Shown: one piece after another, positions 12,306 through 23,375 of the stretch | Layout: each line of letters opens with the position of its first letter | How positions within the stretch are numbered: the stretch's first letter is position 1 | NCBI GenBank assembly: GCA_964016885.1 | Contig: OZ024756.1 | Coordinates: 40,672,001 to 40,736,000, forward strand | DNA from: Eledone cirrhosa | Lineage: Eukaryota | Direction: 5' to 3' | DNA: 64,000 bases | Program-made: the position numbers and the translations under genes | Notes under the pieces: model-generated | Database searches by the model: none | The model's input: the letters and a program-made list of their open reading frames with translations, nothing else | Told to the model about the DNA's origin: nothing

Positions 12306-12782
12306 TGTAGTGTTGTTGTTAATTGAAATAGATTTGTTTACGATTTTTATGATAAAAATAAAAGTAACTGATTTTGTTAAAAGTATTGGTCTAATAAAGA
12401 AACGGAGAATATTTAACAAAACATAACAAACCTTCGTTGATATATTTAAAGTAAAAGAGAACCAAATGTTTGTGCTGTAAACCGTCTTAGGTTTAATGTA
12501 GCTACGTGACTCTTAGTTTTTTCTCAAACTCTGTTGGGGTGGCAAACTTCTCACAGTGTGGATAGACAACTGGTTTTGGTACGTGGCTCTTTTCTATCGA
12601 CCACTCATTTTTTGGAACCAAAAGCCACGTGTATCTTAACTTTTGTACAAGAACCTGCATATATGTGTGGGTTTTGTGTATGTCTGTGCATGTATATGGT
12701 TGTGGTGTGTGTGTATATGTGTAGCTGTGTGCGTGCGACTGTGTGGTTGTGTGTATGTATGCGTGGATATGTGTTGTGTGTG

Positions 12783-13028
12783 CAGAGTGGGATTTACGTA
12801 TAAGCTAAACAAGCTAATGCCTAGGCCCCCACTTTCTTGAGGCCCCGAAAAAATTGAAAAAAAAACGGTGTACATTTCCAAAATATAAGATAAAAAAGAA
12901 CTAAAATAATGCAATAGTTTTAAACATTTTTCTGCTTTAATATTGAACGTTTTGCAGTTTTTATAACATATAAAGGGCCCCATTATCTCAAATAGCTTAG
13001 GGCCTCATCAAATCTAAATCCGGCCCTG
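12783..13028. mobile_element. hAT-type MITE
   Basis: Imperfect TIRs CAGAGTGGGATTTA / TAAATCCGGCCCTG, internal GGGCCC motifs and an 8-bp flanking duplication TGTGTGTG. Confidence 0.7.
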
Positions 13029-13857
13029 TGTGTGTGTCAGTTCTCCAAATACGAAGCACTGTAAATTTATATTGAAAGTGTTAAATAAAAATAAATAAAG
13101 TATCGGTTTAAAATAAGCTGAGAAAAGAAACATCGAGCAAATCTTTAAGGGACTCCGCGCATTATATTTATAAGGTTCCTAGCAATAATTTATTGTATTT
13201 ATTATTTGTGTTTATATTTTCATTCTGTAAAAATTATTCATTAAGAATATGAAAGTGGAAAGATTGGTTGCAGATAAAAACCGAACGATAAAAATTGATA
13301 AACGCTAGAAATAGCGGTCAAATTTTCATCAAAGCACACCTTGCACATATAAATAAAAGATACACTGGATAGTGTCGTCCCTTATATACAAAAAGACGAG
13401 AGGGTCACGACTGGAACGTCTTTGATCATAGATTAGCTCGATCGTGGAACACCTGAGAGATGGAGGCTGTAGATTAGCTTGACCTGCTAAAAATAACTAC
13501 CAAATATTCATAAAATTAAACCATTTCGTATTTAGAAAAACAAAATGCAAGATACACTTTATAATGTAATCCTAGATGCATTGAATATTAAGAAAAGACG
13601 GGATGGTCACGGTTGAAACGGTTTTGATCGCACGCCTGGGCTCGAATCAAGGCTGATCTTTTGCTAAGAACCGGTTCTCGGGATTTTGTTCAGAGTAGGA
13701 GAAGCATAATTCTGCGATGTTTATCGCACAGGAAATAATACAACAATATTTCTTTTTGAGATTGAGTAAATATTTTAAATATAATTTCTAATCAAACTCT
13801 TTACAAGCTTCATAAAGAAAAATGTATTTGATGAAACTCGCTCCACTGATATCTTTA

Positions 13858-13893
<36 letters not shown>

Positions 13894-14164
13894 TTATAAC
13901 GAAAAAGTTGTGGTAAGGAACCAGATGGACCATAACGTACCAGAGTACTCAATACTTACGGTAGTAGAATGGGTAATAGGAAAATGTATGACCTCGACGG
14001 CAGAGCTCAAGAAATAGCCGTCGTAACGGCTTGAGCTCTGCCGTCGGGGTCATACATTTTCCTATATATATATATATATATACATCTTCCACATCAAACC
14101 CCAAAGGGTTTACAACACAATAGAAAAATATAAAGCGCTTTCAAATATAAGGCAAATCTTTTAA

Positions 14165-14416
14165 CCGTTTCGTTACCACATTTCTAATAAAAGGACACCG
14201 CCTATAAATTTCAAATAATCGAAAATTTGGAGGGACTTAAAGATAAAAATACAAAACTTTTTTTTATTAATCTAATGTTTAGAACATAATTTAACAAAGG
14301 TTCTAATATAAAATTATGTAGGAAGCTTTTGGTTTAGATAAATATAAACATTTAAAAAGAAATGGTTTTCTATTGTAGAACCAGGGGCGGTTTCGGGCGG
14401 TTTGACATCAAAAGGG
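14165..14416. mobile_element. piggyBac-type MITE family B copy
   Basis: TTAA|CCGTTTCGTTACCA ... GACATCAAAAGGG|TTAA; homologous to 53949-54189 and to fragments at about 3440-3560, 4710-4800, 55117-55635 and 56395-56540. Confidence 0.72.
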
Positions 14417-15625
14417 TTAAGAAAATAAGCATTTGCCACGTATATTGAATATATAAATAAATTATTGAGCTTTAGATATAGGCATAGAGTGATTAATAGT
14501 GTTTAAAAATCAAGGACTACAACATTCATTAAAAAAAAGCAGGGAAGATATAGTTTATATGCAAATACTTGCGATTAATAAACCGTATAATTACCTTTCT
14601 TTTAAAAAAATTAATTGTTAAGTAGATCAAAGCTCAAAAAAATATAAGTGAAGGGAAACTACTCTGATAGTTTTGAAAGAAGAAGACAGAGAAGTGACAA
14701 TATGTGAGTGTCACGTAAGCCAGAGACTTTGTAAGGTTATTTTAACAGCAGAGAAATAAACACACAATTTATATTGATTTCTAATTAAGGCACAAAACCA
14801 GCAAATTTAAGGGATGAGCAAAGCTGATTATATCAGCCTAGTACTTGACTGGTACTTTATGTTATTGACTCCCGTAAGAATGAAAGGCAAAGTTGACCTC
14901 GGTGGAACTGAGAATGTAACCAGCACGATATAAAACATGAAATATATCTATTGGACATCATACAATAATTGTTTCTACATTTGGTACAAAGACAACAATT
15001 TGAAGGGAAGGGGAACGTCGATTATATCGACTTCAATGTGTTATTAGTGCTTTTTATTTCATTTTATCCATGTGAAGATGAAAAGCAAAGCTAACCTCGG
15101 CGGGGTTTGAACTCTCTAAAATGTAAAACAAATGCAAAGGTTTCAGAAATTTAATTTATTATGTTTATATTTCTATGTAGGGCGGTGAAGTGGCAGTATC
15201 AATAGAACGTTGGACAATATGTTTAGCGGTATTTATTTAAGACTTTCTACTTTCTGAGTTCCAATCCCGCGGAAATCAATTTTGCCTTTTATCCTTTTCT
15301 AGAGTCGATGTATAGGCGGTGAATTAGTAGAATCGTTAAAACGTTGGTTGGAATACTTTACAGTATTCGTATCAGCTCGCTGCGCTTTCTCAGTTCAAAC
15401 CCCGCTGAGATTAACTTTAATTTTCACCCATCGATATCGATAACAAAAAAAGTACCAGTCTAGTATTGAATCGATTCTTCCTCGTATTCTCTCTTATCAC
15501 CCTCTTACTTTCTTTGGAAGAAATCGTCGGTGTTCAGACTTAGAGAGCAGATATGCTCTGTCAGTGTTTTAAACAATCTCAAAAAATGCTGTATGGCGCC
15601 TCTTCAACTTACGAGTATCTACACT

Positions 15626-15662
<37 letters not shown>

Positions 15663-16029
15663 GTGTGTAGAGAGAGAATCGACGTAATCCTTATTCCACA
15701 AATTGTTGGCCTTGTGTCTAAATTAGAAATCATTTTATATTTATTTCAGTATACTACAGTACTTCCACACCCTCACAACATTTTGTCTGACACGCTGTGG
15801 AAAAAACAACAACGACAACAATAACAGATAAATAAATTTTGAACATTTTTTTTTAAAGGGGAAACATTGAATGAGAGTGGAAGAGAGAGAGAGTGTGTAA
15901 TATTTGTAGTAAACACGCACCTGAGGTATCTATGACAACAAATCCATGAGATGTTGGGTGAAATCCTAGAGTTACGGAACTTTATTCTAAATCTTCTGTC
16001 ATTATAAGTGGATACGAAAAACTGCGGCG

Positions 16030-16994
16030 ATGGCCGAGTAAGTGAATTATATTTTGTTTAATATTTTTTTAAAATATCATCTTCATACATATACACACAT
16101 TTATATACATCTACTGTGTTTTTTTATTATCTGGAAAATTCTTATTATGGCCTTTATATATATTTGTTTGTTTCTGTTATTTTTTGCCTTGTGTTTATAA
16201 AGATAGAAAAGCAAAGTCCGTAACCCAATTAAGTTGAGGCAGTGTTTAATATATCTGGGTGTTGTATTTTCAAAACATCATATATATATATATATGTGTG
16301 TGGATTTGTGTATATTCACTTTAATTATATATAATTGAAAAATATAAGAAAAACTTAAATATGTTATTTTGTTTCATATAATTTATACATTAAAAGAAAA
16401 AAAAGGATTTTGATAATAAAATTTAACAAAATGCTATCCTTCACAAACATTAGAGTACTTGTCGACATACACACACACACATATATATATGAGCATGTAT
16501 GTATATATATAATTATTTTTAGATGAAATTACAATGTTAAACATTTTCTATTAACATTCCTCGAGTCTCTTGTGTTTCCCAGCAGAGGGCCAACCTCGTT
16601 AACATGGCCGTCATTTCACAATATTCCATCTATTCTCTCTCCTAAGACATTGAGTTTTTGTGGGGGAAGAAAGAACAAAACAAAACAAAAGCCTCTGACG
16701 GTTTATAAATGTCCTTCATACTCCTTCTCCAACATTAATCTGTGGGTGAATTTGATATGAAGCGACTAGAGCTGACGAACAATAAGTCCATGAAATAATT
16801 AGCACTGCTTACAGAGATTATATGTTCCTGCTTGTGGTAACTTCCACAATTAGGTGTAGAACAGGTGTACCGAATCAGGGAAACCTTTTATCTATGAGTA
16901 TACGATAGGCAACCTTTCATAGTACAGTCGTAAACTATATGTACACATATATGTTCGCAGGTGAATCTCCAGGGTAACAAGACCCACTACTTAG

Positions 16995-17030
<36 letters not shown>

Positions 17031-17516
17031 TAGCTTGAATTTGTGATTGTAATCAATAAAGAAAAATACATAGAGTTAAATATATGATATAAAACACATG
17101 GCAAACTGGTATATAGCTGATGTTGTTGCTTCATTCGTCAGTCAAAATGGAAAGTGCCTAGGGAGGTATATTCCATGTTATATATATATATATAGTTTTG
17201 CGAGGTTTTTGATATGAAATCGTGTGTCGAAACAAATATTGTTATACTTGGGGAGGGTCATATTTGTGTAATAATTTCTGTTATTAATTCTGGCAATATT
17301 ACACAAATATGACCCTCCCCAAGTATAACAATATATATATATATATATATACACACACAAAGATTAATTAGTAGAGGATCCAGTTTATTATGAGGAGACA
17401 AGAGCATTAACAGCTAGATGTGTTGTTACTATCAACAATTATGTAGAGCAAACAACCCGAGTAATAAATGACTTAATTCCATCTATAACTTCGGTTTTTT
17501 GTTCAACACACACCAC

Positions 17517-17549
<33 letters not shown>

Positions 17550-20500
17550 AGTATGTGTTAGTTAAGTGTATAACTACAGTTATAAGCGGTGCGCCGTCGA
17601 AGCACTCGATACTGTTACGTGATCCGTCTCGTGTTTGGTTGTATTCCAAAGTTAAGGCGGCTTTAGTGTGCAGTGTGTAAATAAATTACTTTATATATTT
17701 ATGTATATAATATCAATAATTGATACTTTCCTACTCTTTATTATTTATATTATTAACACTCTGCTTCGTAAGGATACCGACGACTGTGTAATACCAATGT
17801 AGAGAATCACATCGACAACCGGATCCACATTGGCATTGTGTGCTCAAACTGGTGAACCAATAGTAACTAAACGTTACATGCCAGTGCACTATATATATAT
17901 ATATGCACACACACACATATTTCATGCTTACATGGGTTAGGTAGGTTGTCATATACTGTGGCTAGGCCGACCTGGTGACCAAATCTTGCCCGTAGGCTTC
18001 ATTTTGGGTTTAGTTCTCTAGGGTAGGATGCCAATCATATTGCCGAATCTACTGGGTATTTCTTTAACTATATGCCCTTCTTAGCACCAACCCCTTTACG
18101 GTGTGTACTGGGAACAGTTTCTACAGTTGGATGCCCTTCCTAACATCAGGCACTTTACATGCCAAAACTGGAACGTATCTAAGTGAAATGTGGCCCCTTG
18201 TCTGTATAGAAAAACATTAATTAGCTCTGATTAAGTCCTGACTTGTCGATGACAACTTATCCAGTCTATGCGAGCATGAGAAGATCGATGATAATCAGAT
18301 TCAGTTTCAAATAAAGTTTAAATTCCTGTTAGAATTAGTTTCTCATCCAGTGTTAAATCTATTCAGAACTGATACTTGAAGATGTGAAAAATATACACAG
18401 ACTAACTTCATTGCATAATGATTTCTCATAGAGTAATTTGTTTAAAGTAATAAAGAAAGGATTTGTGGGAAGTTGAAGCAAAACTGAATTGTTAATACAA
18501 TTTACTGAAGTCTTCTTGCTGGTGTTGCCAACTTCACAACACTGTTAATTGTCAGTCATTGCTCTAGATCTAATAGTCTAACCCTTTAGTATTTACATTA
18601 CTCTGTATTTACGATTATATTTCCATGGTAAACACTTTATTCCACATAATTATCTCACATACAAGATTTTGAGAATAATACCTTAAAGTCGGTATGAGAG
18701 GTCAGTTACAGCCGGTTTGAACAGAAATAGATGAGAGAATTCCAGCCAGATATTGTCAGTTTAAATACTAAAGTACTAATGGAGTGAGAATAAGATAGTA
18801 TAAAATCTAGGTTTACATGTGGTGTGTCTAGGGCTAAATCAGCTCAGTAGTGGCAGTGAGTTGGCTGAGTCATTAGAACATCTGATATAATGTTTTGTGG
18901 TATTTGTTCCGGTTCTCTGCACTCTTTGAGTTCAAATCTCACCAAAATCAACCTTGCCTTTCATCCTATTATGAGACCAGTGCAGGGGTTGATTCTTCCT
19001 CTTTATTTCTTTCTCACTTCCACCCTATCTCCTTCTTTAGCAGAAATCTGCTGTGTTCAAACCTGAAGAGATGGGCTCTACCAGGTTTAAAATACTCAAG
19101 AAACTCTATATGTCACCACAGCACTCCTATGACTCCACCAGGAATCACTGAACCCTGTATGTCACTACAGAACCTCTATAACTCCACCAGAAATCACTGG
19201 TCCCTAAATACACACCATTGTTGACGACAAGCATTCTATTTAAAAACAAACAAAAAAAAAGATTGATGGATATGATGGAATGATGATTCCTTGTAATTCC
19301 CTTTGTTTGATTTGTACCTGAAACAACAAATTTGTTGATTCTATTTAGATGTGTCAATGTTACAAATGCCAACACTGGAGCTTTGAAATTGTTGAATTAG
19401 TGACATAGAGATTTAAAGGATTATGTGATTGTACATTTATAATCCTATTATGTTAGTGACTATATATTTAGTTTTATCATCATCACCACCATCATTATTA
19501 CATGTTGTTACTGCATTAACGAGCACAGCTCTGTGTGTCTTGGATATGTGCAGTGTTATTTTTGGTGGTTTCTATTGTATTGAGTACTCATTATAATGTG
19601 TATGCAGTACCCAGTAGTGCTATTTTCTGTATGCTGTATATTTGAAAGTCCTGTAGTTTTGGTTATGTATCTGTGTGTTTTTTATCACCTATTATCAAAG
19701 GGTTTCTATCTCCAGATCTTTATATTTGTATAATATCACTTTACAGGGTGGACTGGGTGTGTTTTAGGGTGTCATTCTGTAAATCTAACTTGCGTGTGAT
19801 ATGTTGATGTTTAGTTAGGCTGAAAGATCACCAAGTACACATCAGTAAGTCACAATAGGTTTAGAAGATTAATACAACAAACATTACTGTTTCAGTGTGG
19901 ACATGAAAGGAGATTAACTGTCTTATATAAAGATGTCAGTCTTGTGTTGTAACATTAATGAAACATGAAGGTTGACCGTACCCTTGATCTATGGCCATAG
20001 ATATAAATCAAGGGTAAGGTCAACCAACAGTTTTGTAGTTAAATACACTTCCTGGGGCCATTACTTCCACCACATGGTATTAGACTCCATTTCTTCATTA
20101 GAAATGTGGTAGATACATTTTTGCTTTTATTCCATTTTCTTGTTTATTGTAGAATTCCTGACAGAAAAAACAAAGACGCACAGCTTCGAGCTATGATAAA
20201 CCAGCAACTGATGGAGAGTGGTGAAAGAGAAAGGTGAGTATATTGATGGCCATACTGGAGCACCTTTTACTTTTTAACTGGTTTCTGTCATTGAACTATG
20301 TGCTTTTTGTTGTGGTACCAGCTCTATCACCTTACAAGGTGGACTGGGTACTTTTTGTTGTGGCACCAATATTATGCAAACATGGAAAACAGACATTAAA
20401 CAATGATGATGATTGATTGAAAGTAATTTAATTTTGTTGTCTCTTCTCTTTTCTTAATTTTAGATTAAAGGAGTTATTAAGAACTCGATTAATTGAATGT

Positions 20501-21380
20501 GGATGGAGGGACCAATTGAAAGCACATTGTAAAGGTATGTATTGTACTTTTGACATTCTGCCCATATAATTATAGTCTATATATAATTAGTATGGTCTTG
20601 TAATTCCTGAAGGAATTGTAGGGGGTGCCATATTGACAAACATAATAATGTTTCCTAAATTTTAATCAAGCAGCATTGGTCAGCCGAAAGTTAGTTAAAG
20701 TTTCATGCCCGAGATTCCACCATGTGGTTGCAAAACCAACTTCTTAAACCACACAACCATATCTGAAATACCAGTCACACACTCAGGGGTGATTTCATTG
20801 ACAAAATCCTCCTCCTTCTTTCCCTATGTTTTTATGACTTTGTAATTAATATAAGAAAATATTGTTATATATCAATTTATGTTCTTAACTTGTTTCTTTC
20901 TTATCAGACATAGTGAAGAAAAAAGGACTGGAATATGTCACTGTTGATGATTTGGTCACTCAAATAACACCAACTGGTCGAGGTAGGTTTCCTTCCCTTC
21001 TAGTTGACCAGTACCATCAATAATGACAGCTTTAGCATTGAATGTATTTAATTTTTGGAATCCAGGATTGGTATGTCACACACATACATATATTTATACA
21101 CACACACATGCTTCCATAGTTTACAGGCAGACATATATACACACACATGCTTCCATAGTTTTCACAATCAATATTCTATTTATATTAGCAATCAATATTC
21201 TATCTATATTAGGAATCAATATTTTATCTATATTAGGAATCAATATTAATTATTCTATGAAATCGCATACTGATATTTATATTTTTATCTTCCTCTTCAG
21301 CTCTTGTTCCTGATGATGTCAAACGAGAACTTCTTCAACGAATTCGAACATTCCTTGCACAACATGCCACTAATATGTGA
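16030..21380 (+). CDS. ENY2: Transcription and mRNA export factor ENY2/Sus1 (104 aa), 5 coding exons
   Basis: Exons 16030-16037, 20153-20233, 20464-20534, 20908-20982 and 21301-21380 give [110 protein letters not shown] at 21696-21701. The 8-nt first exon is less certain than the rest. Confidence 0.93.
17236..17334. repeat. Perfect 38-bp inverted repeat with a 23-nt spacer in ENY2 intron 1
   Basis: 17236-17273 is the exact reverse complement of 17297-17334. Confidence 0.92.
19560..19730 (-). mobile_element. R4/Dong-type (RLE) LINE 3' remnant
   Basis: Minus strand yields KYKDLEIE ... [10 protein letters not shown], the C-terminal signature of R4/Dong elements. Confidence 0.65.
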
Positions 21381-22231
21381 TAACGAAATTCCATGGCGTA
21401 CCGAACGATATAATTTTTTTTTTCAAAAATGATGATGATGATGAAAGAAGCGTTACAAAACCATTTGGTGACAGCAATAAAAATGCCCATATTTTTAGAA
21501 AACAAATATCTAAAACAAATGCATTTTGTTTTTCTCCCTGCTCATTTAAAACATTTTTTTTTCCAAATGTTGTCTTGTCATTCATTTCTCTTTGCAGCCA
21601 CAACAGTATTCCTTCATCCTCTCCTAGTTCTATACTACAAGCACTTGTCATTATATTCAGGAGAGTAATATACTTTGACCCTGTCTATGTATTATAATAA
21701 ATAAAATCCTTATTGGACTGCACTACTGTCTATCTTTTGAAATTATTTCTATTTTTATTTAGATAGATGTTGAGTATTTTATCTAATCATATCCTAGAAA
21801 TGAATCTATATATAGATTTCTGCGATTTTTGTCCCATGTAAAAAGAGGGGAGTAGTTTGTCTACCTCATACTACTCCTCTTTCTTTACGTCTGCTGCCTG
21901 CGTAAATGTATGTGTGTGTAAAAGGAAGGAAGGGTTGGTGAAAAATCTATAGCAAAATAGTGGCTGGCGTTCCATTTGTTTTGCTGTGTGTGTGTTTGTG
22001 TTTGTGTAAATGTATGTCTGAGTGTGTATTTGCTCGTTTATATTTATATGCACACACATACGTGTCAGCATGTTGAAAAAAAATCCTAGTTATTAAACTC
22101 TACTCTCTAACAATAATAAATACAAAACATTGAAATATTTGATTCACAGAAATATTTACAATTTATTGACAAACAAAACATTCAGTCGGTGAATTCTGAT
22201 ATAACAGTTATTGATGCTGCCGATGTTATTG

Positions 22232-22622
22232 TAGTGGTATTGTTGGTATTGCAGTGGTGTAGATGGTATTGCAGTGGTGTAGATGGTATTGCAGTGGTGT
22301 AGATGGTATTGCAGTGGTGTAGTTGGTATTGCAGTGGTGTAGATGGTATTGCAGTGGTGTAGATGGTATTGCAGTGGTGTAGATGGTATTGCAGTGGTGT
22401 AGTTGGTATTGCAGTGGTGTAGTTGGTATTGCAGTGGTGTAGATGGTATTGCAGTGGTGTAGATGGTATTGTTGGTATTGCAGTGGTGTAGATGGTACTG
22501 TTGGTATTGCAGTGGTGTAGATGGTACTGTTGGTATTGTAGTGGTGTAGATGGTACTGTTGGTATTGCAGTGGTGTAGATGGTACTGTTGGTATTGTAGT
22601 GGTGTAGATGGTATTGCAGTGG
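22232..22622. repeat. 20/29-bp tandem repeat, probably in the GPATCH1 3' UTR
   Basis: Unit GTATTGCAGTGGTGTAGATG with a +9-nt variant; explains the three minus-strand ORFs at 22156-22803. Confidence 0.92.
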
Positions 22623-23375
22623 TCCAACAGTCACTTATGTTGCAGATGGTGTTGTCGGTAAAGAAGCACTCAGGTTCAATGCACAAAAGAATTACTTTGT
22701 TGTTACAGGAGGTTTCCAAGAACAAGACACTATTTGAGTCTGTGTAGTTATAAACTGGAGACAAGAAGATACCAACATTTGAGCAGCTTACATAATTCGA
22801 CAACCAGAAGTAGGAACATCTAAAATAAAGTGAAAAAACAGGAAAAACAATGAGATATTCATTGCATTAACCCTTTCCTTACCATATTGCTAATGAAAGA
22901 CATCACCTATGGTTTGCAATTCATCATCACAGCTTATAGGTAAGTCCAACACTGTTGGACTTACCTAGAAACTATAACTTAAGGCCAGATACTCTTAGGT
23001 GTCTCATTTTAAAAAATATACTTTTAATTTATCATTAGTGTTCATTCTTTAACACTAAATCATCAAAAATTATATATATATATATATATAATTAATACTT
23101 TATCATTAACATTAGAATAAAAAATAACAATCATGTATAATTATTTAAATTTTTTTAAAGAAGGGCCTCATATTTCATACAGCTTAGGATCTCAGGTGAA
23201 AGTGTGACCCCTGAATAGAAAGGTTTAGGGCAATGACTGACAGTTAACAGTGCTGTGAAGCAGTAGGGTTGTTGCTATGGTTAATATAAACAGTAACAAT
23301 TTAGTTGTAAGACAAACCTTCAGTGTTCTAAAGATGATCAGAGACAGCAGTTTGAGATGGATTGATTGAGAAAGT

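Noticed and set aside
17550-17880. Possible solo LTR in ENY2 intron 1
   Set aside because: Ends in ...TTACA and has an AATAAA, but no clear matching 5' terminus, TSD or second copy in the window.
22156-22803. 215-aa Thr/Pro/His-rich ORF
   Set aside because: 20/29-bp tandem repeat downstream of the GPATCH1 stop codon.
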